Origin: Oscillospiraceae bacterium
GTDB lineage: Bacteria > Bacillota > Clostridia > Oscillospirales > CAG-272
NCBI GenBank assembly: GCA_015063745.1
Contig: SVTO01000007.1
Coordinates: 111 to 64,110 of the forward strand
DNA length: 64,000 bases
Direction: 5' to 3'
Position numbers and translations under genes: made by a program
Part shown: positions 1 through 9,556 of the stretch, piece after piece
Numbering within the stretch: position 1 is the stretch's first letter
Layout of the letters: every line of letters starts with the position of its first letter
The notes under the pieces: model-generated
Databases searched by the model: none
What the model saw: only the letters and a program-made list of their open reading frames with translations
Told to the model about the DNA's origin: nothing

Positions 1-196
1 CGAAAGCGAAGAAGCCATCGCCGGACGTCTGGCCAAAGCGAAGATCGAAGTGGCCATGGCACCCCGGTATGAATACATCGTAATCAACGAAACCGGCAAG
101 ACCCTTGCATGTGCCGAAGACATTCTGCACATCATCAAAGCATCCCACTACTCCGTTTCCAGAATGAAGACGGTAACGGAACACTATTTTGATTAA
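1..196 (+). CDS. gmk: Guanylate kinase, 3' end (partial)
   Basis: Frame 2 is open from the window edge: ESEEAIAGRLAKAKIEVAMAPRYEYIVINE...HYFD*, the typical Gmk C-terminus; it lies directly upstream of rpoZ. Confidence 0.9.
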   Translation, partial: ESEEAIAGRLAKAKIEVAMAPRYEYIVINETGKTLACAEDILHIIKASHYSVSRMKTVTEHYFD

Positions 197-235
197 AATA
201 AACCATAACATACAGAATCGGAAAGGAATCAAATC

Positions 236-721
236 ATGATTAAGCCTTCTATCAGCGAACTGACCCAGGACGGAAAGATCAACCGTTATACCCTCGTAGT
301 TGCCACCGCAAAATCCGCCAGAATCATCACCGACGAATACGTAAAGCAGCGTGAATATGCGGAAAAAGTGACCATGAGCAAGGACAACGAAAAGGCCAAG
401 AACCTTGCCAACTTCATCAAGAAGGAATACAGAGACGAAAAGGCTGTAAAGAACGCCATCAACGGTCTGCACAGCGGCGAATTCCGCATTCTCTCCCCCG
501 AAGAAGCGGAACTGAAGCGTCAGAAGGAAACGGAAGAAGCCCGTCTGGCCAAGGAAAGAAAAGAAGAAGAAGCCGCTGCTCTGGAAGCTGCCGAAGCGGA
601 AGAAGCCGAAGAAGCGGAAGAAGACGAAGTGGATCTGGGCGATCTGCTGGCTGCTCTTGCCGGCGGTGATGCCGATGATGACGAAGAAGACTTCGACGAC
701 GCGGAAGAAGACGAAGAATAA
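236..721 (+). CDS. rpoZ: RNA polymerase omega subunit with long acidic C-terminal extension
   Basis: N-terminus MIKPSISEL...NRYTLVVATAKSAR is omega-like; gmk-rpoZ synteny; SD GAAAGGA upstream; E/D/A-rich tail. Confidence 0.88.
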   Translation: MIKPSISELTQDGKINRYTLVVATAKSARIITDEYVKQREYAEKVTMSKDNEKAKNLANFIKKEYRDEKAVKNAINGLHSGEFRILSPEEAELKRQKETEEARLAKERKEEEAAALEAAEAEEAEEAEEDEVDLGDLLAALAGGDADDDEEDFDDAEEDEE

Positions 722-760
722 TATGCAGCCCGACTGAAAATGCCGGGGAACGGAAAAACA

Positions 761-1229
761 ATGGAACTGCAAATTGACAAACGATAATACACCTGCCCGG
801 TGTGAAAAGAGAATATCAATTCCTGCAGATCCCGGATGCCCATATTGCCTGTGCGGCGCCGGATGAATCGGAACGTGATCACGCCATTGCCGAAAAGCAG
901 ACGGGACGGTGGACCACCATCGGTGTGAAGCCTCTGGATGCATGGGAACGTAAGGAAGCCTATGTCAGGGAACATGAAAAGAATCTGGACGGCTTATTGA
1001 TCACGGGTGACTGCGTGGACTATTTCGGTCTGGGCAATTACCGTTTTATGAAGGAACGCTTCGAGGCTTTTCCCGCAGAGGTTTTGTATATTCCGGGAAA
1101 ACACGTATGGACGACGGCAGGATAGCGGGATTTATGACCGGTGAAGGACATCCGTTTGTCGGCGGCAGCGTAATCGTGCTGTCGGCGAAAGACGGTGCGA
1201 TCCGGGATGCGTACCACTATTATGTATGA
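761..1229 (+). pseudogene. Decayed calcineurin-like metallophosphoesterase
   Basis: ATG 761 MELQIDK then a frameshift near 783 into IIHLPGVKREYQFLQIPDAH (DxH); LLITGDCVD (GDxxD); YIPGKH (degenerate GNH). The frame is lost after ~1105. Confidence 0.65.
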
Positions 1230-1297
1230 CAGTGTTCTGACACGGTACATACACATTTTTTACTACTGAAAATCCAGAAACAAAGGAGGGGACTTTT

Positions 1298-3883
1298 ATG
1301 GCTAAGCTGGCGTATGTGTATATCTTTGATGTACCCTACCACGCGGACCGTCTGTATACCTACTATGTGCCCGGTGATATGGAAAACAGCATACAGCGCG
1401 GCGATCTTGCAGAAGTTCCCTTCGGCAGAGGCAACAGACGCATGACCGCTGTGGTGTTCCGCCTGGAAGACGGCGAAATCACGGACGGTATGAAACCCGT
1501 TTCCGCTGTGACGGCAGAAGATGTGCTGTCGGAGGAAATGCTGGGTCTTTGCCTGTTTGTAAAAGAATATACCCTGTGTACTTACGGCGACGCGGTCAGA
1601 GCGGCTGTACCGTCGGCGGCACTTTCATCTGTGGTACAGTACTACAGAATCCGGCCGGAAACCGACAGGGATGTGCTGCCCGATGCTCTCAGTCTCCGCG
1701 CAAGAGAGATTTTTCTTTTCATGCGGGACAAAAAGAGAGTATCCCGACAGCAGCTGACGGCGGAATTCACGTTTGATTTTACGGCCGCCCTGCAGCAGCT
1801 GATCAAACTGAACCTTGCCGAAAAATGCACGGAAAGCAAAACGCCCTCCGCCGGCATCACCAGAACCCTCGTATCCCTCCATCCGCGCATTGCGGAAAGG
1901 GCAGGGGACGACAGCGGAATTCTGGCCCTGTGCCATTCTCTGCGGAGTGAAAATCAGAGACATATGCTCCAGCGCCTGACAGAAAGCAGCTGGATCGAAG
2001 AAAAAGAACTGTATTCTCTGTGCGGTGTATCTGCCCAGACCGGCAAAAGCTGTCTGAAGGTACTGCTGGAAAGGGAATATGCCATGACCGCTTCGGAGGA
2101 AGTGTACCGGAATCCCTTTGCGGAAGAAGGAGAGACGGTGCAGAAATCCCCGCCGCCCGCCCTGTCCGACGAACAGAAGCAGGCCCTTGCCTCCATCACC
2201 GCCTTATACGAAACCGGCGAGCCGAAAGCCGTACTGCTCCACGGCGTAACCGGATCGGGCAAAACCAATGTCATGCTGGCCGCCATTGACAGAGTGCTGG
2301 CAGACGGCAGAGGTGTGATCCTGCTGGTACCCGAAATTGCGCTGACACCCCAGACGGTACGGATTTTCAGTGCCCGCTACGGGGACAGAATCGCGGTGAT
2401 CCATTCCTCCCTTTCGGCAGGAGAAAGATTCGATGCATGGCGGCGTATCCGTGACGGACTGGCGGATGTGGTGATCGGTACCCGTTCGGCGGTATTTGCG
2501 CCCCTGCCCAATATCGGCATGATCCTCATTGACGAGGAGCACGAATATACCTACAAATCCGAAACCGATCCCAAATACCACGCCCACGACATTGCCCGCT
2601 ACCGCTGCAGAGACCACAATGCGGTCATGTTACTGGCATCGGCAACTCCGTCGATCTCCTCCTACTATAAGGCAAAAAAGGGACAGTATACGTTGGTGGA
2701 ACTGAACAGCCGCTATGGTAACGCCCGTCTGCCGGAGGTGGAAATCTGCGATATGCGGGGTGAATCCTCGGCAATGCCCATCGGTGCGGTACTGGCCTCC
2801 CGTATGATGGAGGATAAACAGAACGGCAACCAATCCATCCTGTTCCTCAACCGGAGAGGGTACAATAAGTTTGTTTCCTGCCGCAGCTGCGGTAAGAGCA
2901 TCCAGTGTCCCCATTGCTCCGTGTCCCTGACCTACCATACCCTGAAAAGAGGCAGCCTGAACAGTACCTCCGAAGACGACGGGTATCTCCATACCAGACA
3001 GCAGAACGGAGTTCTTGTGTGCCATATGTGTGGTTACCGTACAGCGGTGCCGGATACCTGTCCCGTCTGCGGAAAGCCTCATTTCCTGTTCATGGGATGC
3101 GGTACCCAGAAGGCGGAGGACGATGTGGAAGCCATGTTCCCGGATCTGCGGGTTCTGCGGATGGATTTTGATACGACCCAGACGAAATTTTCCCACGAAG
3201 CTTTGCTGAAGCAGTTCAGAGACGGAGAAGCGGACGTACTGCTGGGCACCCAGATGGTCACAAAGGGACACGATTTCCCGAAGGTGGCAACGGTGGGTGT
3301 GCTCAACGCGGACGGCTCCCTGTACGTGGATGACTACCGGGCCAACGAACGTACCTTTGCCATGCTGACCCAGGTGATCGGCAGAGCGGGACGGGGCGAT
3401 GTACCGGGCAAGGCCATCATCCAGACATGGAATCCCGACAACGAAGTGCTCCGTCAGGCGGCAACCCAGGATTACAAACGGTTTTACGAAGGCGAGATCC
3501 GGCTGAGAGAAGCCCTGTGCTATCCGCCCTTCTGCGATATGGCCGTGATCACCCTGTCCGCTTACGACGAAGGGTATCTGGGACAGGCCGTGGTGCGGAT
3601 GCAGAGTCAGATACGGGATTATATCAATGTGGAATTCCGGGATGTGCAGATGGTACTGTACGGTCCCTTTGAAGCGCCGGTGTACCGGGTGCAGAACCTG
3701 TGCCGTATGCGCTTTGTCATGAAATGCCGCCTGAACAAACGGACCAGAGCCTTTATCGAACAGCTCATGTGCGTGTTCGGCAAGGGTATTGCCCATACCC
3801 CCGGCACAAAACTGCCCGTGGATGCCAATCCATCCGACCGCCGGCTTTACGTCACGGTGGACTTGAATCCCTCCACAATCTGA
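1298..3883 (+). CDS. priA: Primosomal protein N' (helicase)
   Basis: HGVTGSGKT Walker A, LLVPEIALTPQ, DEEHE, CxxC zinc clusters, GTQMVTKGHDFP, QVIGRAGR. Confidence 0.97.
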   Translation: MAKLAYVYIFDVPYHADRLYTYYVPGDMENSIQRGDLAEVPFGRGNRRMTAVVFRLEDGEITDGMKPVSAVTAEDVLSEEMLGLCLFVKEYTLCTYGDAVRAAVPSAALSSVVQYYRIRPETDRDVLPDALSLRAREIFLFMRDKKRVSRQQLTAEFTFDFTAALQQLIKLNLAEKCTESKTPSAGITRTLVSLHPRIAERAGDDSGILALCHSLRSENQRHMLQRLTESSWIEEKELYSLCGVSAQTGKSCLKVLLEREYAMTASEEVYRNPFAEEGETVQKSPPPALSDEQKQALASITALYETGEPKAVLLHGVTGSGKTNVMLAAIDRVLADGRGVILLVPEIALTPQTVRIFSARYGDRIAVIHSSLSAGERFDAWRRIRDGLADVVIGTRSAVFAPLPNIGMILIDEEHEYTYKSETDPKYHAHDIARYRCRDHNAVMLLASATPSISSYYKAKKGQYTLVELNSRYGNARLPEVEICDMRGESSAMPIGAVLASRMMEDKQNGNQSILFLNRRGYNKFVSCRSCGKSIQCPHCSVSLTYHTLKRGSLNSTSEDDGYLHTRQQNGVLVCHMCGYRTAVPDTCPVCGKPHFLFMGCGTQKAEDDVEAMFPDLRVLRMDFDTTQTKFSHEALLKQFRDGEADVLLGTQMVTKGHDFPKVATVGVLNADGSLYVDDYRANERTFAMLTQVIGRAGRGDVPGKAIIQTWNPDNEVLRQAATQDYKRFYEGEIRLREALCYPPFCDMAVITLSAYDEGYLGQAVVRMQSQIRDYINVEFRDVQMVLYGPFEAPVYRVQNLCRMRFVMKCRLNKRTRAFIEQLMCVFGKGIAHTPGTKLPVDANPSDRRLYVTVDLNPSTI

Positions 3884-3943
3884 AACGGAAGATCATTTGA
3901 ATATACATAAAGCAAGCCGCATGGCGGCAGAATGGAGAATACA

Positions 3944-4435
3944 ATGGCTATTTTGAATATTGTCAAGGAAGGCGATCCGATCCTGCGGAAGAAATGCCGT
4001 CCCGTTACCGAAATCACCCCCCGCATCCGTCAGCTGATCGAAGATATGGCGGATACTCTGGACGATGCCAACGGCGCCGGTCTGGCAGCACCTCAGGTAG
4101 GCATCATGCGCCGTATTGTGCTGGTTGTGGTGGACGATGAGATCGTTCCCATGATCAACCCCGAAATCATCGAGACCGAAGGGGAACAGGAAGAAATGGA
4201 AGGCTGCCTGTCCGTACCGGATGTGTGGGGCGTTACCCACCGTCCCGCCAAGGTAACGGTGCGCGCTACCAATATGGACGGCGAAGAATTCACCATTACG
4301 GGCGAAGGACTGACCGCGAGAGCTTTCTGCCATGAACTGGACCATCTGGAAGGTATCCTGTTCATCGACAACGCGGTGCACATTTACACCCCCGAAGAAG
4401 TGGAAGAAATGTTCGGCAAGGACGACGAGGAATAA
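3944..4435 (+). CDS. def: Peptide deformylase
   Basis: GAGLAAPQVG, EGCLS and HELDHLEG motifs; GGAG SD before ATG 3944 (alternative start 3932). Confidence 0.96.
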   Translation: MAILNIVKEGDPILRKKCRPVTEITPRIRQLIEDMADTLDDANGAGLAAPQVGIMRRIVLVVVDDEIVPMINPEIIETEGEQEEMEGCLSVPDVWGVTHRPAKVTVRATNMDGEEFTITGEGLTARAFCHELDHLEGILFIDNAVHIYTPEEVEEMFGKDDEE

Positions 4436-4438
4436 GAT

Positions 4439-5395
4439 ATGCGTATAGTATTTATGGGAACTCCCGATCTGGCCAGGGTTTGCCTGGAAGCGGTATACGC
4501 TCATCCCGCGGCAGAGATTGTCGGTGTTCTGACCCAGCCGGATAAACCGAAAGGACGCGGTATGAAAATGGTTGCGCCGCCGGTGAAGGTGTTTGCGGAA
4601 GAAAAAGGACTGCCGGTATACCAGCCGGTGACACTGAAGGACGGTGCCTTTGCCGAAGAACTGGCGAAGCTGGATCCCGAACTGATCATCGTAGCGGCAT
4701 ACGGCAAGATCCTGCCCGCTTATGTGCTGAATTATCCGAAATACGGCTGCGTAAACGCTCACGGATCCCTGCTGCCGAAATACAGAGGCGCATCCCCGAT
4801 CCAGAGAGCCATCATGGACGGCGAAACGGAAACGGGCATTACAGCCATGTATATGAACGAAGGTCTGGATACGGGGGATATGATCCTGAAGCTGACCTGC
4901 CCCATTACGGATGAAGACGATTTCGGTACACTCCACGATACCCTGGCGGACCTTGCCGGAAAAGCCATGTGTCAGGTGATCGACAAGATTCTGGACGGTA
5001 CCGTGGACGATAACCGTACCGTTCAGCCGGAGGAAGGGGTAAGCTATGCCGCAAAGATCGAAAAAGCAGATACACTCCTGTCCTTCTCGGAAAATGCGGA
5101 TAAGCTGTTCTGCCAGATCCGCGGACTTTCTCCCATGCCCTACGCCATGACCCATACGCCGGACGGAAAAATACTGAAAATTACCACGGTAAAACGGGAT
5201 AAAACGGAGAAAACTTACAGTGAAGCCCCCGGAACGGTTGTGGATCTGTCGGAAGGTATCCGTGTGGTCTGCGGCGACGGCAAGACACTGCTGTTCACCG
5301 GCGTTGTACCGGAAGGAAAGAGCAGAATGGCGGCGATGGACTATATCCGCGGCAGAAAGATTGCCGTCGGAGACGTTCTGGGTAAGGAAAATTAA
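4439..5395 (+). CDS. fmt: Methionyl-tRNA formyltransferase
   Basis: MRIVFMGTPD, TQPDKPKGRG, NAHGSLLPKYRGASPI, GLDTGD; follows def. Confidence 0.97.
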   Translation: MRIVFMGTPDLARVCLEAVYAHPAAEIVGVLTQPDKPKGRGMKMVAPPVKVFAEEKGLPVYQPVTLKDGAFAEELAKLDPELIIVAAYGKILPAYVLNYPKYGCVNAHGSLLPKYRGASPIQRAIMDGETETGITAMYMNEGLDTGDMILKLTCPITDEDDFGTLHDTLADLAGKAMCQVIDKILDGTVDDNRTVQPEEGVSYAAKIEKADTLLSFSENADKLFCQIRGLSPMPYAMTHTPDGKILKITTVKRDKTEKTYSEAPGTVVDLSEGIRVVCGDGKTLLFTGVVPEGKSRMAAMDYIRGRKIAVGDVLGKEN

Positions 5396-5423
5396 CGCCC
5401 CTATGAAAAGAGGTTGAACCGAT

Positions 5424-6122
5424 ATGCCGTTTGTTTACGGAATCGATACAAGCTATCTCATATATGTACTGCCTGCGCTGATCTTTGCCCTGATCGCTCA
5501 GGCGATGGTGAAATCCACCTTTGCAAAATATGCAAAAATCCCCTCCGACGGCAGAATGACCGGCCGGGATGCGGCGAGACTGATTCTCGATGCAAACGGT
5601 CTGTACCATGTGGCTGTCACGGAGGTTGCCGGAGAACTGACGGACCATTTTGACCCGAAAGCCAATGTGATCCGTCTGTCCCAGTCGGTATACGGCGTTT
5701 CTTCCGCGGCGGCGGTGGGTGTGGCAGCTCACGAAGCCGGTCATGCGGTGCAGTATGCCGAAAAATATCTGCCCATGAAGATCCGCAGCGCCATCATTCC
5801 CGCCACCAATATCGGCTCCAATCTGGCCGTTCCGCTGGTACTTCTGGGGATCTTGTTTTCCATTCCGGCCATCTCCTACCTGGGCGTGATTTTCTTCGGC
5901 GCCGCGGTAGTATTCCAGCTGGTGACGCTGCCCGTGGAATTCAACGCCAGCCGACGGGCCATAAACGGTCTGAAAGCATCGGGAAGAGTGTCGGATACGG
6001 GACTTGCGGCGGTGAAAAAGGTGCTGACGGCAGCGGCTATGACCTATGTGGCGGCATTGGCGACGGCCCTTGGCAATATGCTGCGCCTGATGTCTCTGGC
6101 GAACCGAAGCAGAAGAAGATAA
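5424..6122 (+). CDS. Membrane zinc metallopeptidase (YugP/Zn_peptidase_2 family)
   Basis: GELTDHFDP, AAHEAGHAVQ (HExxH), LPVEFNASRRA, AAAMTYVA; hydrophobic segments. Confidence 0.9.
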   Translation: MPFVYGIDTSYLIYVLPALIFALIAQAMVKSTFAKYAKIPSDGRMTGRDAARLILDANGLYHVAVTEVAGELTDHFDPKANVIRLSQSVYGVSSAAAVGVAAHEAGHAVQYAEKYLPMKIRSAIIPATNIGSNLAVPLVLLGILFSIPAISYLGVIFFGAAVVFQLVTLPVEFNASRRAINGLKASGRVSDTGLAAVKKVLTAAAMTYVAALATALGNMLRLMSLANRSRRR

Positions 6123-6149
6123 ACCTATTTGCAACAGTAAGGAAATTTT

Positions 6150-7454
6150 ATGGAAACAAAAACGACTCCCCGCCGGCTTGCCATGCAGTCCCTGCTGGCC
6201 TGCGAAAAATGCGGGAAATATACCAATCTGGAAATAGACGCCGGTATCCGGGGAGCCGATATGTCCGACGCGGATAAAGGACTCTACACCAGACTGGTGT
6301 ACGGTGTATCCGAAAGACGGCTTACGCTGGACTATATCATCGACCGTTATGCCTGCAACACCAAAGCGGCGGATCTGGATGCCGATGTACGCACTGCTCT
6401 GCGGATCGGCTTGTACCAGATGTGCTTTATGGACAGAATTCCGGAATTTGCGGCGGTATCGGAATCGGTATCGCTGGTAAACCGGGGCAAGGGCGGATTT
6501 GTCAACGCGATTCTGCGCTCCTTCCTCCGTGACGGAAAGAAGATCGTCTATCCCGATGGGGAAAAAGATCCCTTTTTCCGGGCTTCCGTTTACTACTCCA
6601 TGCCCGTGCCGCTTGTGAAGCTGTTTGTGGATTCCTACGGCTGGGAAACGGCGGAAAATATTCTTGCCTGCGTAAACGGGGAACCGGACGTGTATCTGCG
6701 GTGCAACACGGAGAGAATCACCCCGGCGGAAGCGGCTGCCCTGACCGGCGGTACTGTGGACGAACGGTTTACCGGCATGATCCGGGTGGACAGCGTAACG
6801 GAAACGGTGCGCGGCGGCTTGGAAAAAGGACTGTTTTTCGTACAGGACGGCGCATCCAGACTGTGTGCCATGGTATTGGACGCAAAGCCGGGTGAGAAAA
6901 TCGTGGATACCTGTGCCTGTCCCGGCGGCAAGAGCTTCTCGGCGGCGCTGGATATGCAGAACAAAGGCGAGGTGTATTCCTTCGACCTCCACGGCAACAA
7001 GCTTTCCCTGATCGACAAAACCGCCGGCAGACTGGGACTGACCATTATCCGTACCGGCGTTAGAGATGCCCGCAAGCCCGATGAAACACTGATCGGATGT
7101 GCAGACAGAGTACTGTGTGACGCACCCTGTTCGGGACTGGGCGTGATTGCAAAGAAACCGGATATCCGTTATAAGGATATTTCCGATATCGAAAACCTGC
7201 CCCGGATACAGACTGAGGTACTTGCGGGTGCCGCACAGTATGTAAGACCGGGCGGCGTACTGGTGTATTCCACCTGTACCCTTCATAAAAAAGAAAATGA
7301 AGAGGTTGTAAAAGCTTTTCTGGCAGACCATCCCGATTTTGCTCTGTCCCCCTTTGAGACGGCCGGTGTGGAATCGGAAGGGATGCTGACCCTGTTCCCC
7401 CACATTCACCACACGGACGGATTTTTCATCGCACGTATGGTAAAGAAAGCGTAA
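6150..7454 (+). CDS. rsmB: 16S rRNA m5C967 methyltransferase (Sun)
   Basis: NusB-like N-terminus (GFVNAILR), DTCACPGGKS, DAPCSGLG, YSTCT, DGFFIA. Confidence 0.95.
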   Translation: METKTTPRRLAMQSLLACEKCGKYTNLEIDAGIRGADMSDADKGLYTRLVYGVSERRLTLDYIIDRYACNTKAADLDADVRTALRIGLYQMCFMDRIPEFAAVSESVSLVNRGKGGFVNAILRSFLRDGKKIVYPDGEKDPFFRASVYYSMPVPLVKLFVDSYGWETAENILACVNGEPDVYLRCNTERITPAEAAALTGGTVDERFTGMIRVDSVTETVRGGLEKGLFFVQDGASRLCAMVLDAKPGEKIVDTCACPGGKSFSAALDMQNKGEVYSFDLHGNKLSLIDKTAGRLGLTIIRTGVRDARKPDETLIGCADRVLCDAPCSGLGVIAKKPDIRYKDISDIENLPRIQTEVLAGAAQYVRPGGVLVYSTCTLHKKENEEVVKAFLADHPDFALSPFETAGVESEGMLTLFPHIHHTDGFFIARMVKKA

Positions 7455-7463
7455 GGAGTATCT

Positions 7464-8534
7464 ATGACCGGCGAAGTACAGCAAAAAACAGACATACTGT
7501 CCATGAATCCCGAAGAACTGAAGGCATTCGTTGTCTCCATGGGCGAACCCGGATACCGGGCGGGACAGTTGTTCACATGGCTCCATAAAGGTGCATCCTT
7601 CGGGGAAATGACCAACCTGCCCAAAGCCTTTCGGGAAAAGATCGAAGCCCACACGGACTGGCGTCTGCCGCAGATCGTGGAAAAATACATATCCGCGGAA
7701 GACGGTACGGTGAAATACCTCCTCTCCCTGAACGACGGGGAATGTGTGGAATGTGTATTCATGAAGTACCACCACGGCAGTACGCTGTGCGTTTCTTCCC
7801 AGGCAGGATGCCGGATGGGATGCCGGTTCTGTGCATCCACCCTGAACGGCCAGGTGCGGAATCTGACGGCATCGGAAATCCTCGGTCAGGTGATCACCGT
7901 CGGCAGAGATACGGGGGAAAGAGTGGACGGTATCGTCATGATGGGCATCGGCGAACCGCTGGACAATTACGACAACGTGATCCGGTTCCTGCGGCTGGTC
8001 AGCGATCCGGCGGGACTGAATATCGGTCTGCGGCATATCTCCCTGTCCACCTGCGGCATCGTTCCGAAGATCCGCGATCTGGCGGAAGAGGGACTGCCCG
8101 TGACCCTGTCCATATCCCTCCACGCGGCAGACGACGAGACCCGCTCCGCCCTGATGCCGATCAATAAGAAATACCCCATTGCCGTACTGCTGGGTGCCTG
8201 CAGGGATTATTTCCGCAAGACCGGCAGAAGAATCTCCTTCGAATACACCCTGATTGCCGGCAAAAACGATACACCGGCACAGGCGGATGCACTGGCGGCG
8301 GTGCTGAAAAAGGAAATGCGCTGTCCCTGTCACGTGAACCTGATTCCCCTGAACGCCGTAGCGGAAACGGGACTGGAGAGACCGGGCAGACAGCGTGCGG
8401 AAGCCTTCCGGAAGCAGCTGGAATCCAGAGGAATCAACGCCACCATCCGTCGGAGACTGGGCGGGGACATTGATGCCTCCTGCGGACAGCTGAGACTGCG
8501 CCGGAAACAGGCGGACAGTGAAGAAAACCCGTAA
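7464..8534 (+). CDS. rlmN: 23S rRNA m2A2503/tRNA methyltransferase (radical SAM)
   Basis: CVSSQAGCRMGCRFC, MGIGEPLDN, SLHA, DIDASCGQL. Confidence 0.96.
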   Translation: MTGEVQQKTDILSMNPEELKAFVVSMGEPGYRAGQLFTWLHKGASFGEMTNLPKAFREKIEAHTDWRLPQIVEKYISAEDGTVKYLLSLNDGECVECVFMKYHHGSTLCVSSQAGCRMGCRFCASTLNGQVRNLTASEILGQVITVGRDTGERVDGIVMMGIGEPLDNYDNVIRFLRLVSDPAGLNIGLRHISLSTCGIVPKIRDLAEEGLPVTLSISLHAADDETRSALMPINKKYPIAVLLGACRDYFRKTGRRISFEYTLIAGKNDTPAQADALAAVLKKEMRCPCHVNLIPLNAVAETGLERPGRQRAEAFRKQLESRGINATIRRRLGGDIDASCGQLRLRRKQADSEENP

Positions 8535-8694
8535 AGCAGCCGGGTAAGGACATCTTTGCGGGAATTATGACATTCGGTAGCAGAATGTTCAGAATTTATT
8601 GATAGAAAGCAATTTGTATACGTAGTATACTATATATAACACATACGATGGATGAAGATACATCCGTCACGCCCGAAGAACAGAGGAGACACAT

Positions 8695-9462
8695 ATGTTA
8701 TTCTATGGAAAAACGGATATCGGCATGAAGCGTGCCGTGAATCAGGACTACTTTATGATCCGCTCCTACAGCGACGATGTTTTGGCCGCGGTGGTGTGCG
8801 ACGGTATGGGCGGTGCCAAGGGGGGAAGTGTGGCCAGTACCATGGCTACGGATTCCTTCATGAATGTGATACAGGACAAAGAAGAAAAGTACCCTCTGTT
8901 CAGTGACATGAGCGAGGAGGAAATCTGCGATATGCTGGTGGAAGCCTCCGTGGAAGCTAACCGGGTGATCTACCGCAAGAGCAGTATCGAAGAATCCCTG
9001 GCCGGTATGGGAACCACGCTGGTCGGCTGTGTGGTTCTGCCGGATACCATATACACGGTCAACGTAGGGGACAGCCGGATGTATCTGACGGAAAAAGGTA
9101 AGCTGTGTCAGGTGACTCACGACCACTCCTATGTGCAGTTCCTTGTGGATACGGGCAAGCTGACACCAGAACAGGCAAAGAAATCCACCAACCGGAACAT
9201 CATCACCAGAGCCGTGGGAACCGAACGTACGGTAAACGCGGACGTATTTACCACACCCAGAGAGCAGTACAAGGGAGAATACCTTCTGCTGTGCTCCGAC
9301 GGACTGACCAATTATGTAGAACCGGAGGAAATCTGGTCCGTTGTGGAAAAATGTAAGGATCAGGGCGAGGATGTACTTCGTCTGGCCTGCGAAGAATTGG
9401 TATCCATGGCAAACGAAAGAGGCGGAAGCGATAACATCACAGCGGTTATGGTAGCCGTCTGA
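8695..9462 (+). CDS. stp: PP2C-type Ser/Thr protein phosphatase (Stp/PrpC)
   Basis: NQD, CDGMGG, GMGTT, NVGDSR, CSDGL, GGSDNIT. Confidence 0.95.
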   Translation: MLFYGKTDIGMKRAVNQDYFMIRSYSDDVLAAVVCDGMGGAKGGSVASTMATDSFMNVIQDKEEKYPLFSDMSEEEICDMLVEASVEANRVIYRKSSIEESLAGMGTTLVGCVVLPDTIYTVNVGDSRMYLTEKGKLCQVTHDHSYVQFLVDTGKLTPEQAKKSTNRNIITRAVGTERTVNADVFTTPREQYKGEYLLLCSDGLTNYVEPEEIWSVVEKCKDQGEDVLRLACEELVSMANERGGSDNITAVMVAV

Positions 9463-9556
9463 GGAACGATTGTTGTACGAATCAGATTGAACAGAAAGGA
9501 AGCGAAGGCGAGCTTGTTCCCTGTGGGGAAATAAGCCCGGCAAGCTGTAAATACGT

